From Octopus sinensis (Eukaryota), in contig NC_043000.1 in the NCBI RefSeq assembly GCF_006345805.1, positions 50,344,001-50,408,000 on the forward strand: a stretch of DNA of 64,000 nt. Reading direction: 5' to 3'. Positions 51,767-63,913 of the stretch are shown here, one piece after another (the stretch's first letter is position 1; the number at the start of each line of letters is the position of its first letter). Below the pieces are notes generated by a model that was not told where the DNA came from, ran no database searches, and saw only the letters and a program-made list of their open reading frames with translations. A program made the position numbers and the translations under genes.

Positions 51767-52946
51767 TAAGGATAAATCAAAACTTTCGGTTGGCAGCATT
51801 GATTTTATTAGTCCTGTATCAAAATGTATTACTCTTAATGTTTGACGTTGATCACTCCAGTTTTCTCTCTTGTGTTACAAAGTAAGGAAGTACAGAGATC
51901 AGTGACCTGATTTCTGTGGTCTGAAGATGTGTCAGGGGCTGAAATTCATCACAAGCTTTTAGTACAATACAAAGACAATGCCCTACTGAATGAATACCTG
52001 TATGAGTGAATCAAAATGTTTAAAAATGGTCAGACCAGCATAGAACAGGATGCCCATCAGCCTCTACTGCTGACAGGAAAAAGCATATGAGTGACTGTCG
52101 ATAAGATGGCATATATTCTGCACAATATTCATGGTACTGCATACAAGATTATCTGTCAAGCTTTGCTTCCATAAAGTCTGTGCATGATGGGTGCCAAGAA
52201 AGCTTACCAAATCAAAAGCGCAATTATGTGGAGATCTGATAATGCTTAGTCAACTGCTTCAATGATGAAGGTGAAGATTTTGTGGAGAGAAAAGTCACAG
52301 AAGATGTGATCTAGCTCCATTATTTTGAACTAGAACTCAAAAGGTAGGATATGAAGTGGAAACATCTGGAATCACCTGTGAAAAAGAAATTCAGGACTCA
52401 AGCTTCTTCAGAAAAAGTGATGCTAACCATTGGGGTGGGGACAAAACGGCCTATTTTGGACCATTACCTGGAAAAGGAGTCTACAGTCACCAGTGTAGCC
52501 TAAAGGAAAGTGCTGGCCCAGAAACTGAAATCAGCAATTTGTACCACATACAAGGGTCTATTGTAAAAGCAAGTGTTATTGTTGTATGACAATGCACAAC
52601 AACAAATGGACACCCACACTATTGAAAAACTGAGTTTCAAGTTGCTGGAATACCCTCATACAATCCAGGTGTCACCACTTCTGACTGTCATCATTTTGGA
52701 CTCTTCAGACATCCTTTGCAAGGTTGTTGATTTGTTACAAATAAAGAAGCAAAGGAAGTTGTACATAAATGGCTGTATAACCAGCTGAAAACCTTTTTCT
52801 CCAATGGAATAGCTAGCATGTGGACTACTGGAAGAAGTGAATTGAAAAGCAAGGGGACTATGTCAATAAAGGATATAATTGTTCAATCCTTGCTTTTGTT
52901 TTTAGTTACATAAACAAAAGTGTATATAATTTTTTACTTACCCTCA
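51767..52946 (+). mobile_element. Near full-length decayed mariner element with both TIRs
   Basis: 5' taaggataaatcaaaacttt vs reverse complement of the 3' end tgagggtaagtaaaaaatta (14/20). Remnants KEVQRSVT*FLWSEDVSGAEIH, IKMFKNGQTS, WVPRKL, LLLYDNA, YNPGVTTSDCHHFG (YSPDLAPSDYHLFG-like) and EKQGDYV. Confidence 0.88.
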
Positions 52947-52959
52947 TGTATGTATATAT

Positions 52960-53200
52960 ATATAACGGGAAGCTTTATGAAAATAATCAAAAGACGAAGG
53001 CAGGTGGAATACAAACAAACAATTGTATTAGTATGGCGCTCAGGAATATAAATAAAACAAGTCTTTTATGTTTCGAGCCTACGCTCTTCAACAGAAAGAT
53101 ACACAGAAAAGAAACACGGAGAGAAACAAGGAGAGAAAAAAAATGCGTGCAGAAGCTAGCGAATCAACTCACACTGGGAAAGCAGACAACATTGTAGCTG
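52960..53200 (-). mobile_element. Short PLE-associated repeat carrying a hammerhead-like motif
   Basis: CpG-rich repeat next to (TA)n; contains the motif at 53062-53099. Confidence 0.6.
53062..53099 (-). ncRNA. Minimal type I hammerhead-ribozyme-like motif (degenerate)
   Basis: Minus strand UCUUU-CUGUUGA-A-GAGC-GUAG-GCUC-GAAAC-AUA-AAAGA: 5-bp stem I, 4-bp stem II and GAAAC are present; the core differs from CUGANGA and GUH at two positions. Confidence 0.55.
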
Positions 53201-53220
53201 ATACAGGCTTATACCATAAA

Positions 53221-53570
53221 AAGTAGGAGGTAGTGAAGTTATCTATTTAACCACTTGTCATCATTATGATTAGTCGTTTTGCAGCCTTCACCATGCAATA
53301 ATAATTTCGGTGTATAATAAATTATCTTACATGTCTACATGTATATACATGCTATACATTATTCAATGCAATTCTATATTTACATCTTGGTGCAGATAAA
53401 GAAAGCTAGCTCATCAGATTACGAGAACATCATAGTTGTACCAAACCTTCAACTAAGAATTGAAATAATTTATTATACCCTGAAATTATTATTACATGAT
53501 GAAGGCTGCAAAATGGTCATAATCATAAGGATGACAAGTGATTAAATAAATATGTTTACCACTCATACTT
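53221..53570. repeat. Foldback/MITE-like element with ~87-bp inverted arms
   Basis: 53239-53325 vs reverse complement of 53465-53553 (ccacttgtcatc..tgattag..ttttgcagccttca..ataataatttc..gtataataaattat); weaker match extends ~18 bp outward. Confidence 0.9.
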
Positions 53571-53717
53571 CCTGTATTTTTATTGTTTGTAGACTTCTCA
53601 TAAAATGATTTCATAGACCAGATCTCCTAGATTTCAGCTATATAGAACTCTGCATTGGATTACAAGAGAGGCTTTCCATAATATCCACATGATTTTATGA
53701 ATCTATATAATAAAAAC

Positions 53718-53761
<44 letters not shown>

Positions 53762-56385
53762 AGAGAGAGAGAGAGATAAATACTTTCACAAATATGTGTG
53801 CATGTTTGCTTGTTGCATATTGGTGTTTGTATATACTTTTATATGCAGGATTAGAGTGGATACTGGTATAGCGGACACAATGAGAAACATAAGTGTTAGG
53901 TAGGACTTAAATTCACATTTAGTAAATACCTAGAAGCATCAATCAATTAAGCTTCTAGAGCACAAATTCAATTTATTAATTAAAACTAGAAACAAGGCAA
54001 GAGTACACAATGACAGTAATTAAAAGAATTTAAGTAAAGTTTCCATGCATAAATCTGATGTTCTTTCATTAAATCTCGATTAATCCTCAATTGTGTATGC
54101 GTGGATATGCATGAATTTGTGCAGATGTACATGTACATATGTGTGTGTCCATATGAAGTTGTGTGCATTTACATATGTGTGTGAATTTGAGCATGTGCAT
54201 AATAATTGTTACAATTTTATCCAACAATGACACTGAGCTTCATAATCATTATACTTGATAAATTTTTATTTACACTTATCAGATAAATCTGTAATTTGAT
54301 GAATAGAAATATTAAGTTATGGATTTGAGATGCTATTTGTTTCAGATGTTATTCACTGATATCTGGAAGAGCAACAAATTAAAATCTTAATAATGAAAAT
54401 GGATTGGAGCTGAGTTTTGTTTACAAAAACAATAATAATTTTAAGTTAGAATGCTATTTCAAGACAACTGCTCCCCATGTGCTATAAAATAAATCAATGC
54501 ATGTCTTGATTGAAATTGCCAATGGAGACACAATCCATTGGTAGAAGCACTTGCTTCACTTGTTCAAAGATTTCATTTCTATCAATAGCAAAATGAAAAG
54601 TGAAATATAATGTTGAATAAAGAAAATCCAATTTAATTTTGTTATGTTTCATAATCAAACAGATATGTTTGATTTAAAAGAAGTTTTTACTGACAGTATT
54701 TTCTTTTAGTTGAATACAATGACCACTGTTTGTAAGGGAGATTTGTATTTGGGATAATCAATCCCAATACATTACTGATACCTAATTTTTCTGAGTGTGG
54801 ATCAATGAAAAGTGAGATTATAACTAAGAATTTAGAGGAAAGAAAATAATACTATTATACATTTAGTTTAATACTAAATCACCTGAGTCATCTTGGCTGC
54901 TTTACAAAATAAAAAAGATAATTATTTCTAATAAAAACCAAAACAGAAATAACAATATAGTGGAAAGAAACAGTTGAATTTTGATATGTCCCATCTCAGA
55001 CCACTGCATTTCATTGGGTCTGTTCTTACCTATGATTTCTCTCTGGATGGGAGAGTTTTTTTCCCACTGGTGTAAACAACAAATTTATTATAGATAAATT
55101 TCCCTGCAATCTAATGACAATCACTTAACAATTATGTATCATAATAATTGCTTGTAATAATGAATTATATCATCCTGTATGTTGTGCCTCTAATTAGTTC
55201 TTTGCTTATGAACACAATACACAATACACTGTTAGTGATATGAACTACCTGACTTTGAACTGATTGCTCTATAACTTATTGAATTGATTATCTGTGCTCT
55301 ATGATCTCTTTTTAATGAAAGTAAAATTGAAAATAGCACCTAAAAGCTATAACAGAGAAAAATGTTCAATTCAAGAAAATAATAGTTCATTCAAGAAATA
55401 TCTGTAACTTTAATAAAATAAACCTCTAAGGAGGAAAGATAATCATACAATAATAAATTGTATACATTTCAAAATAGTGATTTTTTTTCTACACATGCCC
55501 ATTTGCATTTACATAATCACGCATATAGATGCAAACATGCACACACACACACACACACACACACTTATTCAGTGAATATTACATCATCTCATTTTCTTCT
55601 TTTTTTCCCATTTCCTAAATAAAAGATAAGTCTCTTTTTGACCTTAATGGAAATCAGTTTTTAGATATAGTCATACTTCATAAACTTTGGTAGATAGAAA
55701 AAAAAAAAAAACCGGAATGCACTGCTGAGATAACAGCAGTAAATTTACATATATATTTTTCATTATATTATACATAACAGAAATGCAAGCTTCTTCTGGC
55801 TTAGTGGTACTATAATTCAAAGTATTTCAACAGCATGTGTTCTGACAAAGGTTCTTTAGTACAGGCTTAAAAATGAATAGCAATGCCTACAAAATAAAAA
55901 GTAATATATATATAGTTTTCCAATTACAACATTGATAAAAGTGAGGATTTTTGGATTATATGGAAAATGTTGTAGAAAATGTCCATATCTGTATTCGTAA
56001 GTTAAGTAATTCATGTTATAGAATATTGTGTTAACTCGTAACTTGGGTGAAAGTGATATAAAAATTTTGCATTTAATTTGACTGAAATGTATTTTGTATT
56101 GAGGCTAGTTGAATGAAAGTGGAAAAGACTATTTCTGCTTGTAGTTCTATGTAAAGTGAGCCAGATGAGTCATTAGTGAAAAAAGCATTCTGTTGAGGCA
56201 AAGCCAAAGAACTCAAAGAGAACAGTTTTGAGCTTCTGTTTACATTGTCAAAATGGTTGACAGAATGCTGGTTTCTAATTGGTCTTAATAAAACTGGTGA
56301 AAATGGTGGAACACTAAAACATCACTTGTTGCATAAGACATATACCACAATGGTTGTAGCTTATAAATATTATTAATTATTCTTC

Positions 56386-56389
<4 letters not shown>

Positions 56390-56462
<73 letters not shown>
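56390..56462. repeat. (TA)n microsatellite (one of many)
   Basis: Similar (TA)n/(CA)n/(TG)n arrays at about 1915, 7101, 8880, 16950, 17178, 21828, 22305, 27685, 30885, 32245, 35000, 35220, 50275 and 53708. Confidence 0.95.
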
Positions 56463-56463
<1 letters not shown>

Positions 56464-58117
56464 TTATGTTTAAATGAATCAAATTTATTAATGTTGGTAT
56501 TTCTCCATTCTTTTGAGAGAAATAGAAACTGAATGGCTTCTGATAATGCAAAGTTGGACCACATTCTGTTCTTATATGTACATAAATGCATATAGAAATA
56601 AAAAAAAGAAATTAAAATTAGTTCACAAACTAGTATCACAAGAGGTTTACTATTATGCTTTGTGTAGCTACAGTAATTATGTATGTACAATGAAATCCTG
56701 TGTTTAAAGTGGTTCTAATTTAAATTTTGAAATAGGATATCAAAGTGTTGCACTTATTTGATATAAATTAGGTTGATAGATTGGATTCCAGAAATGGAAC
56801 TGATAATTTTTTAATAACAGGATTGTATACAAGTTCATGTTAAACTTATTTCTTGATGCTTTTGCTATACCATTTATTAAAAGCATAGATATATAAAACA
56901 AATACATAGTCATAAAACATAATTAATTTCAGGATACATATCTTAAAATTAATTGATAAATAAAACTATATTAATAAAAACTAATATGTTTTGAGTTATT
57001 ATTGTACTATAAAATAAATCAAGTTGTAGTCTAAACTTGATTGTATGAAGAATCATTGATATGGTCAAGTGAAATTTTGTATTAACCTCATGTAAAATTC
57101 AACTCCCAACTTTGATTTAGAATTCTAGTTTTAAAACTTGTATCTTTTGTGCATAAATTTAGTAGAAGATTCTCTAGAAATATTCATATAAAATGTTAAA
57201 CTAGTTTCCTCACTGCTTAATCATATCTCCATTGTAAAACAAATTTTCTTAAAACCATTTAAAATCCAGTTTACGTATTGATTTATCTTAAAAAGAAACC
57301 TATTCTTTTAAAATAATTTCTATCAAATTCTTTATCTTGAATGTTAAATATCTATTGAAGGCTTGAAATTAAATTTAATGAAATAAAAGGCTAGGTTTTT
57401 CTTTTAAATTAAGATAAATTCTTTAAATTAAGCTTCCTTAATTTAATAAAAGTAGATCACGTACAGTTTTCAATGTAAGTTCAATGATTAAATTATATTA
57501 TATTATTTTTTTGTTTTATTTTACATTTCAAATAGATGCTATTTCAAATTAACAGCTTTTAGTTAACTCTCTATTCTGTCCAACATTGACTGAATATAAG
57601 TTCTGCAATAAATTAGCAATTAGTTGAAATTATTTTATGCTAAATGCGTGTAAATTTTATTTTCTTTGAATTGTTCAGAAATAATTCCCCTCTCCTCTTC
57701 AGATAGTTATAAAGAGATAATCTGAATAACTCTATCACAGGTATTATAATTTTGGTGTAAAATCTCTTGTTTTCATTTGTATTATGATAAAATAATGAAA
57801 TTAAAGTAGCAAATGTGTAAAATATTGCTCCTGATTCAATTGCTGCTTTATTAATCTATTCTTTAGACACAAAGCCACAAATATATTGGGAATAAGTGTG
57901 CATATGTTTACTGGTCATATAATTCTCTACAATGAATATTAGTGCAGTTTGGAGTTATGAACTGACTAGGTGGCTTGTTAGACTTATTAGATACATACCA
58001 CTATGAAGGTGAGATAACCCACTTAAAAAGGGAAACAGTACCATTGCTAGAGTGTTATTAGTTGATGGATTATATTATTTCTCTATAATATTGGTGATAT
58101 ACCTAAAAAATACTTAC

Positions 58118-58520
58118 TGGCTGTGTGGTAAGAAGCTTGCATCCCAATTACATGGTTCTGGGTTCAGTCCCACTGTGTAGTATCTTGGGCAAATGTCTTT
58201 TACTGTAGCCCCAGGCCAACCAAAGCCTTGTGACTGGATTTGATAAAAGGAAACTGAGAGAAGCCCATCCTATATATATTTGTATATATTTATGTGTTTG
58301 TGTCTGTGTTTGTCCCCCCCCCCACCATTGCTTGACAACTGATGATGGTGCGTTTATGTCCCCGTAACTTATTGGTTCTGCAAAAGAGACTGATAGAATA
58401 AATACTAGGCTTACAAGGAATAATTCCTGAGTTTGATTTGTTCAACTAAAACCCCTTAAGGTGGTGCTCCGGCATGGCAGCAGTCAAATGACTGAAACAA
58501 ATAAAAGAATAAAATAAAGA
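58118..58520 (+). mobile_element. SINE family A
   Basis: tggctgtgtggtaagaagcttgc head through gcagtcaaatgactgaaacaaataaaag tail. Confidence 0.9.
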
Positions 58521-58877
58521 AAACTCAATTATTAAAATATTGTTTTAATTATTAAAATTTTATTAGAATATAAAATTATTAAAATAGAACAATTTTGTCA
58601 GTTGCAATGGCAAATTGATTATGATGTTCAGAACAAGAGTATTATTTTCTCAGTGTCTTATTTTTATTGCATGCTTCACTTGCCAACTGACTGCACCTCT
58701 GTACCTTTGGTACATGCAGTTTTGTTTGGTGTATTTTCTCTTATACTCAACATAATATTTGCCTAGAAGTGCTAATTTACTATATTCATGTGTATGTGTA
58801 AGTCCTAAAGGTGTGATTCTGTATTTATTGGTAACTTCTCAAAATCATTCTCAAGGCACTTGGTATTATGATGATTG

Positions 58878-59260
58878 TGGAGGCGCAATGGCCCAGTGGT
58901 TAGGGCAGCAGACTCGCGGTCGTAGGATCGCGGTTTCGATTCCCAGACCAGGCGTTGTGAGTGTTTATTGAGCGAAAACACCTAAAGCTCCACGAGGCTC
59001 CGGCAGGGATGGTGGTGATCCCTGCTGTACTCTTTCACCACAAATTTCTCTCACTCTTACTTCCTGTTTCTGTTGTACCTGTATTTCAAAGGGCCGGCCT
59101 TGTCACTCTCTGTGTCACGCTGAATATCCCCGAGAACTATGTTAAGGGTACACGTGTCTGTGGAGTGCTCAGCCACTTACACGTTAATTTCACGAGCAAG
59201 CTGTTCCATTGATTGGATCAACCGGAACCCTCGTCGTCGTAACCGATGGAGTGCTTCCAC
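58878..59260 (+). mobile_element. Young tRNA-derived SINE with perfect 13-bp TSD
   Basis: attatgatgattg at 58865-58877 and 59261-59273; tRNA-like head ggaggcgcaatggcccagtggttagggcagcagactc; CpG-rich. Confidence 0.92.
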
Positions 59261-59534
59261 ATTATGATGATTGCTTATTAGTTATCTCTATTTCTACATT
59301 TTTATATCTGGCTAAATTTTTCATTTGTTAAGAGGTGCATTTTACTTACTGGGACTGTTAGTTTGCTCAAGAAGTATACCTTTCCGTGTATATACCTCTG
59401 TTTCTGAGAATTGGCAAATCACAGAGTATAACCACTGTGTCAGTCCTTTTATGTCAGTCTGTGTCAGTCTCTCAGATTTTTTCTTGTGTATATTTTTATC
59501 ACTTTTTCTTCTGGTATTTTGTAATGCCGGTATA

Positions 59535-59767
59535 TATTTCTTTATTGCCCACAAGGGACTAAACATAGAGGGGACAAACAAGGACAGACCAAGGGATTAA
59601 GTCAATTACATCGACCCCAGTGCAAAACTGGTACTTTATTTATCGACCCTGAAAGGATGAAAGGCAAAGTCGACTCTGTGGGATTTGAACTCAGAACGTA
59701 ACGACAGATGAAATACCGCTAAGCATTTCGCCCGGCGCACTAACATGTCTGCCAGCTCGCTGCTTTA
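59535..59767 (-). mobile_element. Full-length SINE family C with 20-bp TSD
   Basis: TSD tattttgtaatgccggtata 59515-59534 / tattttgtaatgctgatata 59768-59787 (18/20); head ggcgagctggcaga-like, core gtcgactttgcctttcatcctttcagggtcgataaa. Confidence 0.92.
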
Positions 59768-61050
59768 TATTTTGTAATGCTGATATAATTTTAGTTCATG
59801 TAAGCTTTAACATTGCCATGCCTGTAGATTTTTTTTCTCTCTTGACTGAGACTGGGCAATCTGAGACTATATGGTCAGTTGATATTAGATGATTTTGGTA
59901 GTTTCAAGTGGGAAGGCTTTAAACCTGTGTCACATTCAAAATGGCATGAAACATGCATTTATAGGTACTATCCAGCATAGTTTCATTTGTTTGCATTTTT
60001 TACGTAGTCCAGTTAAAAGAGCCATAAAGTAACACAGGTTGAAACAGTGAATGGAAGTTCTTTTACATATTATCTGTGTGCTTATATTTTAGTATTATGC
60101 AGAGACATTTAAGTGTTGTTCAAGTTTTACTGATATGTAGCTGAACATCTGTCTGTGTACAAACTATGCTGTTACTCAGGTACATGAAAGAATTTACTAG
60201 TTTTTATCTTCCAGACAATGAGGTGATGTTACTTTCTAAGTTGTATCTGATAACATGACTTGAAGCAAACATTTTTGCTGTCACTTTTCAAAAATATATA
60301 TTTGTAAGCCAGGCATTCACTGATATGATGGCAGAATGACCTCACTGAGCATGTAACAATACATATTTTACCCATCTCCACCTCCCAAAATTTAACATAT
60401 TTATGAAATATAGAAATAGAAAATCATAGTTGTATAGAGACAGACACAATAAAACAAACATTTGCAGCTTGACATACACACACAAATGTCAATAACCAAC
60501 ATTTTAAACAACAACTTTACTGAAATGGTAAGTCTGAAAAAGTCAGTAGATATGGGTAAACTTTAAGGGATAAAAAAAATAAAACATACTAGAAGTATGT
60601 TACAGGAAATTGCTTCACTACCTAAGGAAAATAACAAGCTAGAAAGTAACATATCACTGCTTCTCAAAAGTGGAAGAATTTTCCATATGACTACAAAAGA
60701 CAAAAGCCCCAGCAAATATGTGGAACAATGTTCTATTGATCTGGGAAGAGCACATGGGAATGTGTGTGTTACCCTTAATACTGCAGATGAAATGAGCTGA
60801 AAGGCATATTTTATATACCTCCCACCACACAAAAATACAGGGTGGTAATGAAGTATATGATGATGATATGAACTACAGTGGCCCCATCCAGGACATTGGT
60901 TTGTGACATTGATCTTTAGCTTGTTCTAAATATTGTAACACAGTATGGGTAGTCTGCTAGCATAGAGATAACATGACATAATGTTGTCAGACGGAATCTC
61001 TTTTGAAGACCACTTCTCAGAAATCTCTGGCCTTACATATATTGAAAACT

Positions 61051-61470
61051 GGTTGTGAGCTGGCAGAATTATTAGAACATTAGAAAAAAATGCCTTGTCA
61101 GCTTTCTTCTAGCTTTCTGAGTTTTGAGTTCAAATTTTCTGATGTTTATTATGCTTTTCATCTCTGAAGTGCTTAATAAAATGAAGTATCTAAATAAAAT
61201 GAAGTGTCTAAATCAGAAACTGGTATTATAATTGTTATTGAAGGAAATGAGTTCACAGAATTAAAAAAAACATACTTTGCATCAGGAAAAGTGTTTTGCA
61301 ATATTTTATCTGGGTCTTTATTATTGATTTCAAATTCTGCTGAGGTCAGCTTTGCCCTTCATCCTTTAAGGGTCGATAAAATTAGTACCAGTCAAGTACT
61401 GAAGTTGATGTAATTTACTTTCCTACTCCCTACTAGCCTTGTACCTAAATTAGAAACAATTATTATTATT
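61051..61470 (+). mobile_element. Two tandem degenerate family C SINE copies
   Basis: gagctggcagaattattagaac...gagttcaaatt at 61051-61190 and ttcaaattctgctgaggtcagctttgcccttcatcctttaagggtcgataaaattagtaccag at about 61330-61390. Confidence 0.75.
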
Positions 61471-63489
61471 GTAGTTGTTGAATTAATGAGTGGTTCTTTA
61501 TTCTCTTAGAAAGTAGACTTTAGTGACAGATTTCTAATTAAGTTCTTTATTTTTAATCTATTTCAATTAATATTAGAATACACATCTGTTTAATTACTCC
61601 TAGAGACATTCGAAATTATTATATACATTTTAATATTGACATTCACGTAATTTTGATTAGTTATTCTGTAAACACTATTACTATTTCAAGAATAAATACC
61701 AATTTGCTAAGAACTAGGTCTGCTCTCTTTTTCAGTGAGGAAGACCTACTTTAGTATATTTTAGTGTATTTTCATAATTTTAATTGAATGTTCCCTTTTT
61801 GGAAATATCAATGAGTTATTACACTTCAAAAGATTTTTTATTTTATTTTATTTTGAATTTTTTATCTACTTGCAGTTTTTCTCTGTATACTTGGCACTTT
61901 TTCTTTATACAAAATTGCTCTTTTCTTTTACATTAGATACAAAATATCTAATCTTAAGAAGTCAGAAAAATTCCTAGAAATGACATTTCTTTTCTATTTT
62001 TGCAGTTTTTTGTTTAATTGCAATAATCATCATTAGAATTATAGACCAGCTTTTAAACTTTTAGTCTATTACTAAAATACTTGTATTTGACTACTTTTTG
62101 ATGAGCTTAAAAAAATTATACTGTGTTCTTTTTTATTTTTCTCTCTCTCTCTAATGTTTTCTAAATCTGTTCTGATGTAAATTCATATTTATCGTTTGTT
62201 TAGTAGTAGTATGATGTAGTTTTAGAAAAGCTTGGTGTGTGTATTGATCTGAATCAAAACTACATTGTTATTGAGTATTATGTTCTTTTACACTTTTAAT
62301 GGTTGCAATTATTAAACTGTGGCATTGGCTTCAAGAGTTTTTAGCCTATATACTACAGTGAATAAGTTACTTTTTATTATAAAGGGACACACTGTTTTAC
62401 ACTGGTACACCATGCACACACACACACACACACTCACTCTCTCTCTCTCCTGCACAGTTCCTTTCTATTAAGTTCCATTCAGAAGGCACTTGTCCACATG
62501 AGGCTAGATTGGAAGGCATTTGCTCAAAGTGTTGTACAGTTGGACTGAGCTCAAAGCCATGAACTTGCAATGTGATCTACTGAATCACATGTCTATTGAC
62601 AAAATAAAGTTTGTTACAGCTATTCAAATTATACATTGAAAACTGTAAAAGACAATTAAGAAACTAAAAAAATAAATAAAAACAAGATTTATGTTCTGTG
62701 TGCGCTCCACCTACTCCATTACACAAATGAAAATATTTGTGATCCAGCATTAATTAAATGTTATTGAATGAAAAGAAAAAGAAATTGTTTTCTGTTTACG
62801 TGCTCAGTATTTTAATGTATTTTACACTACTAATTATGATAGTAACCAATACTTGGGATAAATTTAGTTGCTGTTTAAATTATTTTTCAGTGTATTTGTT
62901 ATTGGCTGTTGTTTCTTATGTCAATTATGTTTCTACTTTATTTTGTATTTGTGTAACTGATGTGTTTTGTATATCCTGAAGCTTTTCCAACACATATCCT
63001 AATAACTTACTAAAAAGATGACATAGCAGATTCATTAGGTTGTTAGATAGAATGTCTCATACTATTTGTTCTAACTCCATGTGTTTTGAGTTCAAATCTT
63101 GTCTAGTTAAACTTTGCCTTTTATCCATTTGGGGATTGATAAAATGTCACTTATCTAAGTTGGTGGATTAGCAAAAATGTAAAAATATTAGACTGAATGC
63201 CTTGCTGTATTTGGCTTAGTTCTCTGTTTTTCTGAAATAAAATGCTATTGTGGCTCTATCTGAGTAGTAGACATAATCCATTGCCCAATTTAATATTGTG
63301 AACTTTTAGTGGAGTCTACTCTGTTGCAGTCATGTCTCCAGTTTGAGAATACCTTCTTCCCTCTCTCTCAAAAGTGTCATAGGTCTTGTAAATGGCTATG
63401 GGCTTAGATTCACACCTATCTAAAAGAGAGGAAAAAATCAACCTTAAAAATATATGCAGAAAATATTTTTGTTTTTAATTTGTTTCGTA

Positions 63490-63690
63490 ATTATTAGGGC
63501 ATCAGGGAAAATATTTAGAGGCACTTTTTAAGGCTCTTCTACATTCTGAGTTCAAATGCTGTTCAGGTCAACATTGCCTTTCATCCTTTCAGGAGCAATG
63601 AAATCACACACCTGCTGAGCAGGTCAATGTAATCAACTCCCCCTTCCCTCTATGTTATTGGGTTTGTATCAAATTGGAATACAGTATTGA
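63490..63690 (+). mobile_element. Degenerate SINE family C
   Basis: acattctgagttcaaatgctgttcaggtcaacattgcctttcatcctttc. Confidence 0.7.
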
Positions 63691-63913
63691 TAATGAACCT
63701 CAACATTTAAGCTTCTATAATTTCTGAGATAGCCAATTGATATTCATATAAACAAATTGGGTAAACACACTGGCAGTTAGTCTGGTTGAAAAGGAATTAT
63801 GGTAGTGCTTCTATCCATGTGTGTGTTTGTGCTTATATGTAAATATTATTGCTGAGAAGTTTTCTTTTCTATTGTAGTCCCTGCTCTTGCAACCAAAAGT
63901 ATTTCTTACTGCT

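Noticed and set aside
54651-54683. miR-190-like agatatgtttgat
   Set aside because: Only the first 13 nt match the recalled mature sequence; it is one arm of a short aatcaaaca/tgtttgatt inverted repeat with no pre-miRNA-sized stem.
58879-58955. tRNA gene
   Set aside because: A- and B-box-like motifs are present, but the sequence continues into a SINE body bounded by a TSD, and I could not fold a complete cloverleaf.
60597-60800. 67-aa ORF with protein-like composition
   Set aside because: No recognisable domain, no pyrimidine tract before the candidate acceptor, and no linked exons.
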